From NCBI GenBank assembly GCA_040756235.1, contig JBFLZG010000007.1, positions 1 to 25,409 on the forward strand: DNA of 25,409 nt. Direction: 5' to 3'. Below are positions 1 through 9,030 of the stretch, piece after piece. Made by a program: the position numbers and the translations under genes. This DNA is from a bacterium (GTDB lineage Bacteria > Desulfobacterota > DSWW01). The notes under the pieces were generated by a model that did not search any database, was not told where the DNA came from, and saw nothing but the letters and a program-made list of their open reading frames with translations. The number at the start of each line of letters is the position of its first letter. Position 1 is the stretch's first letter.

Positions 1-2
1 CG

Positions 3-923
3 GGCTACATGCTGGACGGCATCCTCCCCAGGCCGGACATCCTTCTGAACACCTCCGCTCCCTGCGACGCGAGCAACATGATGTACGAGTTTGTCAGCCA
101 GAAATTCAAAATCCCCCTGGTGGTCGTCGAAGCCCCCTATCAAAAGAACGAGCGGGGCCTGAAGTTCGCGATCGGAGAAATCAAGAGAGCGATCGAGGAG
201 CTGGAGAAGCTGACGGGCAACACGCTCAATGAAGACAAGATGCGAGAGGCCTGCAATAACAGCAATGAAGCGATCAAGTACTTCCTCAAGCTCGAGGAGC
301 TGCGAAGGCTCAGGCCGATGCCGGACCCGGGATGGCATCGACCGGCGGATACGATCTTCCTCATCCAGCTCGGCACGCCCATGGCGGCCGCGTATTTCAA
401 GTCGGTTTACGAGGTGGTCAAGGCCCGTGCGGACCAGGGGCTTGGTGTCATCCCGGAAGGGAGAAAAGAGAAGAGGCTCGCCTGGGGATACGCCTGGATG
501 GCGTACGACCTGCCCTTCTTCGACTGGCTCGAAGAGGAGCACGGCGCCATCTATACGGCAGACACTCTGACCTACATGCCGTTCGACGTCGGCTTCATCG
601 ACACCAAGAACGTGGAGACCATGATCGAGGGGATCGCCTGGCGCTTCCTGAACATGCCGATGGGCCGGCAGACCATGGGGTTCTCGGACGTGTGGGTGAA
701 CGACTTCGTGAACGTCATCAAGCTCTTCAAGGCGGACGCGCTGATCATCGCCGGCCACATGGCGTGCAAGCACTTCTGGGCCCTGAACAAGCTGCTGAGC
801 GATGAGGTGAAGGAAAGGACCGGCGTGCCGACCCTGCGCTTCGAGGTCGACATGTTCGACAAGCGGCTCACGCCCGGCCCGGAGATGCGGCGGATTATGA
901 CCGAGTACTTCAAGTCCCGGTAG
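3..923 (+). CDS. 2-hydroxyacyl-CoA dehydratase / class I benzoyl-CoA reductase BcrB/BzdO-like subunit, 5'-truncated
   Basis: The frame is open to the window edge. Cys motifs APCDASN and GHMACKH, and a C-terminal GVPTLRFEVDMFD typical of the HgdA/B-FldB/C-BcrB/C family. Aligns by eye with the C-terminal two-thirds of 7649..8995 (PKPDVLW, PCDSSN, MIEGLAWR, MGFSD). Confidence 0.85.
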   Translation, partial: GYMLDGILPRPDILLNTSAPCDASNMMYEFVSQKFKIPLVVVEAPYQKNERGLKFAIGEIKRAIEELEKLTGNTLNEDKMREACNNSNEAIKYFLKLEELRRLRPMPDPGWHRPADTIFLIQLGTPMAAAYFKSVYEVVKARADQGLGVIPEGRKEKRLAWGYAWMAYDLPFFDWLEEEHGAIYTADTLTYMPFDVGFIDTKNVETMIEGIAWRFLNMPMGRQTMGFSDVWVNDFVNVIKLFKADALIIAGHMACKHFWALNKLLSDEVKERTGVPTLRFEVDMFDKRLTPGPEMRRIMTEYFKSR

Positions 924-1007
924 GGCCGGGCAGCAGGACCGGGGCGTATCGGCACGGGAGCAAGAAGACGCGGAGAGAAGAAGAGAGCAGAACAAGGGCC
1001 AGCTGCC

Positions 1008-1778
1008 ATGATCAGCCTGGGATGTGATGTCGGAGCCATTGCCACAAAAACTGCAATTCTCAAGGACGGGATCCTCATCGGGGCCGATGTCACTCCGAAT
1101 GCAGGAAAGGCCACGCAGGCCGTGCAGGCTTCCGTCGCGAAGGCCCTTTCCCGGGCCGGAGTTTCGCCGGAGGCGGTCCAGGCCTGGGGGGGGACCGGAT
1201 CCGGGGAGAGATACATCTCCTTTTCCCACCGGGCAGAGAGCCTGATCAGCTGCCTGGCCCGGGCAGGGCATTGGGCCCTGCCCTCGACGAGAACGGTCGT
1301 GGACATCGGCGGCTTGAGCAGCACCTGCATCAACCTGAACGCCTCGGGCCGGGCCATGGAGTACCGGACCAGCGATCGGTGCGCCTCGGGGACCGGGTTC
1401 TTCCTCGAGCTTGCGGCCCAGGCCCTGGAGCTGAAGGTCGAAGAGGTGAGCTCCGTGGCCGCTTCGGCGGCCGGAAGGGCCCGGATCAGCGCGCAGTGCG
1501 CCGTCTTCGGCGAGAGCGAAATCGTCACGCACGTGAACGACGGAGTGGAAGTGGCCGACATCATGGCTGGAATCAGCCAGTCGATTGGCAGCGGGCTCGC
1601 CACGATGGTCCGAAGACTCGGCCTGGAGCCGGAGGTCCTGGCGACCGGCGGTGTGGCCAAGATGGCGAGCGTCGTCAAGGCCCTTGGAGAGTTGCTCGGC
1701 ATAGAGATCAAGAGCCCCGCTTGGGATCCCCAGCTGGCCGCCGCCATCGGCGCGGCTTTGTGCGCTGCGGGGAAATGA
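1008..1778 (+). CDS. BadF/BadG/BcrA/BcrD-family ASKHA ATPase (acyl-CoA dehydratase activase), BcrD/BzdP-like
   Basis: GCDVGAIATK phosphate-1 motif, TGSG, [4Fe-4S] ligands in DRCASGTG and QCAVFGESE, TGGVAK, and C-terminal PQLAAAIGAAL. The second phosphate motif is atypical (DIGGLSS). Confidence 0.9.
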   Translation: MISLGCDVGAIATKTAILKDGILIGADVTPNAGKATQAVQASVAKALSRAGVSPEAVQAWGGTGSGERYISFSHRAESLISCLARAGHWALPSTRTVVDIGGLSSTCINLNASGRAMEYRTSDRCASGTGFFLELAAQALELKVEEVSSVAASAAGRARISAQCAVFGESEIVTHVNDGVEVADIMAGISQSIGSGLATMVRRLGLEPEVLATGGVAKMASVVKALGELLGIEIKSPAWDPQLAAAIGAALCAAGK

Positions 1779-1798
1779 GGCGGATAACGGAGAAGCCG

Positions 1799-2605
1799 AT
1801 GATCGTAGCGGGCTGTGACGTCGGATCGCTGACGGGCGAGGCGGTGATCCTGAAAGACGATTCCATTCTCGCCTGCGAGATCATGCGGGTCAGGCCGCGG
1901 CCGGAGCTGACGGCGCAGGAGGTGACCAGCCGGGCCCTGGCCAGGGCGAAGCTCGACTTCAAGGACCTCGACTACTGCGTGAGCACCGGCTACGGGAGGC
2001 AGAAGATCCCTTTCGCCAACAGCAGTATTTCCGAGATCTCGTGTCACGGCCGGGGGGCCCACTGGGTGAATCCGGAGGTCCGCACGGTGATCGACATCGG
2101 CGGCCAGGACTGCAAGGTGATCCGGGTGGACAAGATGGGGTACATGGTCGATTTCATCATGAACGACAAGTGCGCAGCCGGCACCGGAAGGTTCCTGGAG
2201 GGGATGGCCAGGGTGCTGGGTGTGGAGCTGGAGGAGCTGGGGCCCCTCGGGTTGAAATGCGCGGGCCCGCCGGCGCGCATCCTGAAGACCTGCACGGTCC
2301 TGTCCCAGTTCGACGTGATCTGCATGCTCAACGACGGGACCGACCGGGCAGGCATCGCCGCGGGCATCGCCAACGCCATGGCGGAGCGGATCACGAAGCT
2401 CGCCAAGCGGGTCGGGGTGCGCAAAGAGGTGGCGATGACCGGAGGAGTGGCCAAGAACAGCGCGGTTGTGGAAAGCCTGCAGGAGGTCCTCGGTCTCAAG
2501 CTGCTGCAGATGGATTCGGTGGACCCGCAGATCGTGGGCGCCCTCGGTGCGGCCCTGTTTGCCAGAGAGCGGTATGAGCGGGAGCTGCGGCGTGTCGCTT
2601 CCTGA
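1799..2605 (+). CDS. BadF/BadG/BcrA/BcrD-family ASKHA ATPase, BcrA/BzdQ-like
   Basis: C-terminal part of ORF 1271..2605. The start is placed at ATG 1799 (GGAG upstream, MIVAGCDVGS); an alternative is ATG 1775 overlapping the previous stop. Motifs STGYGR, EISCHGRGA, DIGGQDCK, MNDKCAAGTGRFLE, TGGVAKN, PQIVGALGAAL. Confidence 0.92.
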   Translation: MIVAGCDVGSLTGEAVILKDDSILACEIMRVRPRPELTAQEVTSRALARAKLDFKDLDYCVSTGYGRQKIPFANSSISEISCHGRGAHWVNPEVRTVIDIGGQDCKVIRVDKMGYMVDFIMNDKCAAGTGRFLEGMARVLGVELEELGPLGLKCAGPPARILKTCTVLSQFDVICMLNDGTDRAGIAAGIANAMAERITKLAKRVGVRKEVAMTGGVAKNSAVVESLQEVLGLKLLQMDSVDPQIVGALGAALFARERYERELRRVAS

Positions 2606-2649
2606 TCGATTCACCCTCTTACCTTTAACTCCGAGCACGAAGACTTTCC

Positions 2650-3438
2650 ATGAAACCTTCTCAAGAAACGGACGCCGTCTCCGGACATGAAGTCCTGGCC
2701 GTGGGCGGAAAGGGGGGAACCGGCAAGACCACCTTTTCCGCGATCGCGGCGAAGATCCTCTGCGGCATCGGCAAGAAGGTCCTCGCGATCGATGCCGATC
2801 CGCCCGTGAGCCTGACGTATGCGCTCGGCGCTCAGCCGCTGAAGACGGTGGGCGACATGCGGGGCCGGCTGGTCGAGGACCCCCGGGAGAAGCGGAAATT
2901 CGGCGACCGTCACATGCGGGACATCATGCGGGATGAGGTGGTGCTCGCTCTGGAGAAGATGGACCTGCTCGTGCTCGGACGGGGGGAGGAGCCGGGCTGC
3001 TACTGCAGCCTCAATCAGCTCCTGAAGTACGGGATCGAGTCGCTTTCCAGGCAGTACGAGGTGACCCTCATCGACTGTGAAGCCGGCATCGAGCAGATCA
3101 ACCGGCGGGTCGTCGACGCGGTGAGCACGCTCATCATGATTTCCGACGGAACCGTGAAAGGGCTGCGGACGGCGGTCTATCTCAAGGAGATTGCAGGCAA
3201 GTACGGGGTGAAAGGTCCGTATCGGACCGGTGTCGTGCTCAACCGGGCAGACGACGGCGTGGAGCTGCTCACGGAGAAAGCCCGGGAGATGGGGTTGGAT
3301 GTCCTGGGCGTGGTGCCGGTGGATGCGAACGTGGCCGAATACGACCGTGTGGGCCGGCCGACGATCGAGCTGCCGGACGACTCGCCCAGCGTGGTGGCGG
3401 TGCGCCGGGTGCTCGCGCATCTGGGCCTGACGACCTGA
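2650..3438 (+). CDS. cooC: CooC/AcsF-family (MinD/SIMIBI-type) P-loop ATPase, nickel-insertase-like
   Basis: Deviant Walker A GKGGTGKTT, IDADP, metal-binding GCYC, and IDCEAGIE, all hallmarks of CooC/AcsF. Confidence 0.8.
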   Translation: MKPSQETDAVSGHEVLAVGGKGGTGKTTFSAIAAKILCGIGKKVLAIDADPPVSLTYALGAQPLKTVGDMRGRLVEDPREKRKFGDRHMRDIMRDEVVLALEKMDLLVLGRGEEPGCYCSLNQLLKYGIESLSRQYEVTLIDCEAGIEQINRRVVDAVSTLIMISDGTVKGLRTAVYLKEIAGKYGVKGPYRTGVVLNRADDGVELLTEKAREMGLDVLGVVPVDANVAEYDRVGRPTIELPDDSPSVVAVRRVLAHLGLTT

Positions 3439-3492
3439 GACGGTTCGCGTTCGCGGCCGATCCGATTCAAGAATGAACAAGGAGAAAAAGTC

Positions 3493-4836
3493 ATGACCAA
3501 GCCAGCGCAAACGTTGCAGGCCGATGTGATCGTGGTCGGCTCCGGCCCGGGCGGGGCAACCGTGGCACGGGAGCTCAGCCGCAAGGGCAAGAAGGTCATC
3601 ATCTGCGAAGCCGGAAAATACAACAACCGCTTCGGGTACTCGGTGTACCTTCTCGGGATGATGGACGGCCTGGGGCTCACCTTCTCCATGGAAGGGACCT
3701 GGGTGCTCAGGCCGAAAACGGTGGGCGGGGCTTCCGTGGTCTATCTGGGCACGGCCGTGCGGCCTCCGGCGTGGCTCAAAGACAAGTACGGGATCGATCT
3801 GCGGGAGGAGGTGGACGAGCTGTACAAGGAAATTCCGATCCAGAAGCTTCCCGATTCCCTCGTGGGGCCCGGGGCCCGCAAGATCATGCGGGCCGCGCAG
3901 GACATTGGCCTCGACTGGAACCAACTCGACAAGTGGATCCGGCCGGAGAAGTGCAAGCCGAATTGCGGCGGGTGTGCGGTGGGCTGCAAGACGGGAGCCA
4001 AGTGGACGGCCCGGGAGTTCGTCGACGAGGCCTGCCGGAACGGTGCCCAGCTCCTGATGCGAACCAAGGTGGACCATGTGTTGACCGAGAGCGGCAAGGC
4101 GACAGGGGTGCGGGCCAAAGGACCCAAGGGCTGGGTCGACATCCATGCGGACACGGTGATCCTGGCGGCCGGCGGCCAGGGCACGCCGCCCATCCTGCAA
4201 CGCTCCGGCATCCACGATGCGGGTCAAGGCTTCTTCGCGGATCCGGTCTATACGGTGACCGGCCCCACGAGCTCCAAGGGATGCCTGGACGAGGTGCCGA
4301 TGACGGCCGGGACCATCATGGTCGAAGACGGGATTGTCATGACCGACCTCATGACTCCTCCCCTGTTCTACGCGGGAACGCTGGGCCTGAAAGGGCCGAA
4401 AGGCTGGGTGGATCTCCCCAAGGTCCTCAGGGCAAAGAGCAGCCTGGGAATCATGGTCAAGGTGCGGGACGGGCTCGAGGGCCGCGTCAACCATGACGAG
4501 ACCTTCTCCAAGCCGATCGACTTCGACACTCAGTGGAAGCTGAGCAAGGGTGTGGTGCTGGCCGAGCAGATCCTGCAGAAGGCGGGGGTCAAGCGCGACG
4601 ACATCGTGCAGAGCTGCCTGCTCGCCGCCCATCCGGGCGGCACGGTGCGGATCGGCGAGCTGCTGGACAAGGATTGCCAGACCCAGATCCGGGGCTGCTA
4701 CTGCATGGATACGAGCATCATTCCCGAGCCATGGGGACTGCCGCCCACGGTGACCGTGGTCGCCATGGCGAAGCGGCTGGCCAAACACTTGCTCGTCCCG
4801 GTGGCGGCGCAAGCGGCTCAGAGGGAACATGCCTGA
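3493..4836 (+). CDS. GMC-family FAD-dependent oxidoreductase
   Basis: RBS AAGGAG upstream. VIVVGSGPGG FAD motif, VGGASVV, VILAAGGQGTPPILQRSG, catalytic AHPGGT, C-terminal DTSIIP..PPTVTV, and a Cys cluster CKPNCGGCAVGC. Confidence 0.88.
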   Translation: MTKPAQTLQADVIVVGSGPGGATVARELSRKGKKVIICEAGKYNNRFGYSVYLLGMMDGLGLTFSMEGTWVLRPKTVGGASVVYLGTAVRPPAWLKDKYGIDLREEVDELYKEIPIQKLPDSLVGPGARKIMRAAQDIGLDWNQLDKWIRPEKCKPNCGGCAVGCKTGAKWTAREFVDEACRNGAQLLMRTKVDHVLTESGKATGVRAKGPKGWVDIHADTVILAAGGQGTPPILQRSGIHDAGQGFFADPVYTVTGPTSSKGCLDEVPMTAGTIMVEDGIVMTDLMTPPLFYAGTLGLKGPKGWVDLPKVLRAKSSLGIMVKVRDGLEGRVNHDETFSKPIDFDTQWKLSKGVVLAEQILQKAGVKRDDIVQSCLLAAHPGGTVRIGELLDKDCQTQIRGCYCMDTSIIPEPWGLPPTVTVVAMAKRLAKHLLVPVAAQAAQREHA

Positions 4837-4866
4837 TTCAGGCTCGGGTTTTCACCAGACGGGAAA

Positions 4867-4902
4867 GGGGCCCTGCTGCGAAACAGCGGGGCCCTGCTGT
4901 TT
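4867..4902 (+). terminator. GC-rich stem-loop after the GMC gene, possible intrinsic terminator or processing structure
   Basis: GGGCCCTGCTG (4868-4878), loop CGAAA, CAGCGGGGCCC (4884-4894): an 11-bp stem with one G-U pair, followed by an imperfect U tract (TGCTGTTT). Confidence 0.5.
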
Positions 4903-5041
4903 GGGGGCAATATATACCACCCAAGTAGGATATGGGCGGGAGTCAGGAGAAGGCAGCCCTTCTGGAGGGGAGGGGCCGCCGACTCGCCGTGAAGTGTAAA
5001 GAAGGCTTGTCCGACAAGCCGCGAGAAGGGGGAACCAGAAG

Positions 5042-6346
5042 ATGAGGTGCCAACGCAACTCGATGGCTGCCGCCTGGGCGGTCTGGTTGTTCATTTTTCC
5101 GTCGCTGGCCTTGGGTGCCGACGAGGTCTCGCCGGGGGACGTGATCGAAAAGAAGAACTGGGAGAAGGCCGAAGGACTCTTGCCGGGACCGGTCCTCGAA
5201 TGGGTCAAGAAGGGAGATTTCGTGCTGACGGTCGGCGCCCTGAACTATGCCCCGGCCGACTTCTTCACGCCTGAGGCCATGAACGGCTTGAAGACGAACA
5301 ACGGCAAGTACGGCCTGGACGGCAAGGATCAGATCATCGAGACCGCCTCCGGGAAGGTGGCCAAATTCGTCGACGGGATCCCCTTTCCGAGCGTGGATCC
5401 CGGCGATCCGAAGGCCGCGATCAAGGCGATCTACAACAAGGAGTATCACAGCTTCTCCCTGGGGAATATCTATTATCCGTTCCAGATGATCTGGGTGGGA
5501 CGTTCATCGGGGTTCGAGAGAGAGGTCGGCGCCGTGTACATCAATGCGCCGCTCGACGGGTATGCGAAGGCCAAGGAAACGCCGAACCCCGAGAACATCC
5601 AACGGTACTGCCTGGTGCTGGCCAAGCAGCCGTTCGATATCGCGGGCACTTCGGTCCTGCTGTGGCGCTACCACGGGGAGAAGCAGGACATCAACTTCAG
5701 CTATGTGCCGGCCATCCGGCGGGTGAGGCGCATGAGCCCGTCCAACCGCTCCGACGGATTCGTGGGCTCGGACATCTGTGTGGACGACGCCTGGGGCTAC
5801 GACGGCAAGGTGCCGGCCTTCGAGTGGCGATTTGCCGGGAAGCAGGAGGGCCTGGTCCCTTACAAGAGCCCGGATCCCGAGGCCATCGTGCAGAACGAGA
5901 AAGGGGAGTGGGTGACGACGGCCGCCATGACTCCGAGCACGTACGGGTACCAGACCGAAGGCTGGAAAGGCGCTCCCTGGGCGCCGGTGAGCTTCATCTG
6001 GGTCAAACGCAACTTGTGGGTCATCAAGGCCATCTCCAAAGATCCGTACTACAACTACGGCAGCATCGATATCTGGTATGACCCCGAGATCATGCACCCG
6101 AAGTATTCGGTCATCTACGACCGCGCCGGAGCCTATTGGAAGGTGTATCTGATCGGGCACGGGGGATTCCAGAGCCCGGACAAGCAGATGAAGTTCACGG
6201 CCGTCACCATCCAGGAAATGATCGACGACCGGTCGCAGCACGCCAGCGTCGTCGAAAACATGAGCCAACGGAACATCTGGGTCCACTTCGCCGAGATGGA
6301 CCTCAATGATTTTTCGATCGCGGGCTTTCAGAAGTTCTGCAAGTGA
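5042..6346 (+). CDS. Exported DUF1329-like (LolA-like / outer-membrane-lipoprotein-sorting type) protein, copy 1
   Basis: Signal peptide ending SLALGA/DEVSPGDVI. Motifs GIPFP, YVPAIRRVRR, DDAWGYDG and YDRAGAYWK are recalled as typical of DUF1329. Confidence 0.75.
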   Translation: MRCQRNSMAAAWAVWLFIFPSLALGADEVSPGDVIEKKNWEKAEGLLPGPVLEWVKKGDFVLTVGALNYAPADFFTPEAMNGLKTNNGKYGLDGKDQIIETASGKVAKFVDGIPFPSVDPGDPKAAIKAIYNKEYHSFSLGNIYYPFQMIWVGRSSGFEREVGAVYINAPLDGYAKAKETPNPENIQRYCLVLAKQPFDIAGTSVLLWRYHGEKQDINFSYVPAIRRVRRMSPSNRSDGFVGSDICVDDAWGYDGKVPAFEWRFAGKQEGLVPYKSPDPEAIVQNEKGEWVTTAAMTPSTYGYQTEGWKGAPWAPVSFIWVKRNLWVIKAISKDPYYNYGSIDIWYDPEIMHPKYSVIYDRAGAYWKVYLIGHGGFQSPDKQMKFTAVTIQEMIDDRSQHASVVENMSQRNIWVHFAEMDLNDFSIAGFQKFCK

Positions 6347-6371
6347 GGCCGGGGAAAAGGAATCGGCAGCC

Positions 6372-7514
6372 ATGAAACTCGATGCGTGGAATGAGCTGAC
6401 GCGTCTTCCTCCGAGGGCAGAGAATCCTTACATCCGGGAGTGGAAGAAAAAAGGGGGCAAGGTCTTCGGCTACACCTGCAGCTATGTTCCGGAAGAGATG
6501 CTGTATGCGGAAGACGGCCCTGCGAAATTTCTGCCGGTGCGGATGGGCGCACAGGGGTGCGAGACGACCGAGGATGCAGATATCTACATGCACCGGTTCA
6601 TGTGCAGCTTTGCACGGTCTCTGTTGCAGCTGGGCCTGACCGGCGACTATGCCTTTCTGGATGGTGTCATCATCACCAGCTGCTGCGAACATCTGAGGAA
6701 GACCTACGAGCTCTGGAGAGATCGGGTCAAACCGCCGTTCCTTGCCATGGTTTCGGTTCCGCACCGCGTGGAAGAGGCCAGACATCTCGCGTGGTATCAG
6801 GAGGAAATGGTCAACCTGCAGGAGGAGATCGGGAAGCGCTACGGCTATCTCCCGTCCAAGGCTGCGCTGCGGGAGTCGATCAGGACTTACAACAGATATC
6901 GCAAACTCATGGCGGAGCTGTACGGCCTGCGGGCGCTCGAGCACCCGAAGCTGACCGGCGCGGAAGCACTGAAAATAGCACAAGCCGGCCTCTCGATGCC
7001 GAAAGAGGTGTTCAATGAGAAACTCGCGGCGGCGATCGAAGAGCTCAGAGAGCGACCCGGCGTGAAGGACTACAGGGCCAGAGTCATGGTGGGCGGCAGT
7101 TACATGGATACGCCGCTTCTCGTGGATGTGATCGAGAGCACCGGCGCGATCGTGGTGACCGACAGTCTCTGTGCGGGCCGCAAGTACATAGAGGGAATGG
7201 TGGACGAGGCGGCAGAGCCCATGGACGCGCTTGCGCGGAGGTATTTCTCCAGGGTCCCTTGCCCGCGCATGATCGGGGGATACCGCGATCGACTGGATTT
7301 CACCCGGAAGCTGGCCAGGGAAGCCGGGGTCGACGGCGTGATCCTCGAGCGCATTCCGTTCTGCGATCATCACGGCGTCGAGAACATGATGGAGACCAGG
7401 GACCTGGAGGCAGAGGGGATTCCGACTTTGAACCTGGAAAAGGACTACCTCGCTGCGGACAAAGGAAGACTGAAGACCAGGATCCAGGCATTTCTGGAAA
7501 AGATCGGCAGATAG
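6372..7514 (+). CDS. 2-hydroxyacyl-CoA dehydratase / class I benzoyl-CoA reductase BcrC/BzdN-like subunit
   Basis: Start at ATG 6372 (purine-rich RBS upstream). WKKKGGKVFGYTCSYVPEE, FMCSFARS, SCCEHLRK, VPCPR, PFCDHHG, and C-terminal GRLKTRIQAFLE. Confidence 0.9.
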   Translation: MKLDAWNELTRLPPRAENPYIREWKKKGGKVFGYTCSYVPEEMLYAEDGPAKFLPVRMGAQGCETTEDADIYMHRFMCSFARSLLQLGLTGDYAFLDGVIITSCCEHLRKTYELWRDRVKPPFLAMVSVPHRVEEARHLAWYQEEMVNLQEEIGKRYGYLPSKAALRESIRTYNRYRKLMAELYGLRALEHPKLTGAEALKIAQAGLSMPKEVFNEKLAAAIEELRERPGVKDYRARVMVGGSYMDTPLLVDVIESTGAIVVTDSLCAGRKYIEGMVDEAAEPMDALARRYFSRVPCPRMIGGYRDRLDFTRKLAREAGVDGVILERIPFCDHHGVENMMETRDLEAEGIPTLNLEKDYLAADKGRLKTRIQAFLEKIGR

Positions 7515-7574
7515 GCGGCGGATAGGTACTCTTTCCGGCCCCGTGCGCCGGTTTCGTTTTCCGCGGAGGATGGG

Positions 7575-8995
7575 ATGACGGAACGGAAGGGCTCCCTGGA
7601 GAAGTACGAATACATCCGGCGGCTCGACGGTATACGGCCGAGCTCTTCATGGCGGCGATCGATACCGGGGCCACGACCCCGGAGGAGCTCCTGCCGCACA
7701 TACCCGGCATCCTGGAGAAGATGCCGGAGTACCACGCTTCCCTGGTTCCGCGTGTGCAGCCCGAGCTGATCGAGGCGCTTCTGAAGCCGAAGAACCGCAC
7801 CGCCGTCCGGGCCTACGCAGTCGCGCTGAAACAATACCTGGTCGACCTGACGGAGAAGCTCGATGAAGGGCAGCCGGTGGTCTGGAATTTTCCCGCCATG
7901 ACGCCGGAGATCTTTTTCGGCATGGACCTGGTCCCGCTGCTCTCCGAGGCGTACCCCCTGTTGTTGTCGGCGGTGTTTTCCGACGGGGCCCAGCAGGAGC
8001 TGGACGAAACGGAGTTGGACGGCTTTCCCGGACACACCTGCGGCATGCAGAGGGCGCCGATCAAGGCGGCCGAGAAGGGCCTCCTGCCGAAGCCGGACGT
8101 CCTCTGGAAAATATGCACGGTGCCGTGCGACTCGAGCAACATGAGCTACCAGTACGCCGCCGAACGGTTCAAGGTTCCGGTCGTGGTCCTGGATTCACCC
8201 TACTACAACAATGCGAGGGCCTTCCGGTATTACGCGGACGAGTACAAGAGAGCCGTAGAGAAGCTGGAGCGACTGACCAAGCATACGGTGGATGAGGAGC
8301 GGCTGCGCAAGCACGTGGAGATGGGGAACAGACAGCTGGAATGGCTTTACGGTCTGCAGGAGCTTCGGCGGCACGCTCCGAATCCCGACCCCGGCCTGCA
8401 TCGCGGGCTCGACCTGGGAGCGCTCATCCTCTGCGGGGCCAACGAGAAATTCGTGAGCTATATGAAGACCTGCTTCGAGGAAGCCAAACAGCGGGTGGAC
8501 CAGGGCAAGAGCTTCCTGCCGGAAGGCAAGCGGGAGATCCGCACCCTGTGGTCCTACGCTTATACCCCGCAGATGCTCTACCTGCCGGACTGGCTGGAAG
8601 ACGCCTTCGGCAGCACCTATCTCGAGTGCTCTCTGACGAATTACCCGAAAGAAGTCGTTGGCTATGTGAGCACTTCGAGTGTGGAGTCGATGATCGAAGG
8701 GTTGGCCTGGCGGGCCTTTCATTTCCCCATGCACCGGACGGTCATGGGGTTCAGCGATCTGCACGTGAACGACATCGTCACCGTGGCCAAGACGTATCGG
8801 GCCGAGGCCGCGCTGTTCGGCGGCTACCAGGGCTGCAAGTACGCCTGGACCCTGCCGAAAATGCTCGGCGACGTCCTGCGGGATGAGCTGGGGATTCCGA
8901 GCTGCACGTGGGAGACGGACGTCATCGACCAGCGCTTTACGCCTCACGCGACCGTCAAGGAGCTGTTATCGGAATTCTTCAGAACCCTCATCTGA
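7575..8995 (+). CDS. 2-hydroxyacyl-CoA dehydratase / BcrB/BzdO-like subunit, apparently frameshifted near 7629 (continuous frame 7649..8995)
   Basis: Body motifs TPEIFFGMD, HTCGMQ, VPCDSSN, GYQGCKY, GIPSCTWETD. The strong RBS GGAGGA precedes ATG 7575, which is in a different frame from the body. Codon usage switches frame at about 7629. Confidence 0.85.
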
Positions 8996-9030
8996 CCGAT
9001 CCAGAAAACCCGCCGGAGGAGAAGGGCCCC

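Noticed and set aside
1186..1193. G8 tract in the first ATPase gene as a phase-variation site
   Set aside because: It is short, in frame (Trp-Gly-Gly before the TGxG motif), and unremarkable in GC-rich DNA.
1271..1798. N-terminal extensions in the ORF track (1271, and likewise 6306, 8908, 10504, 11883, 12937)
   Set aside because: They overlap upstream genes. Downstream starts have RBSs and match the family N-termini.
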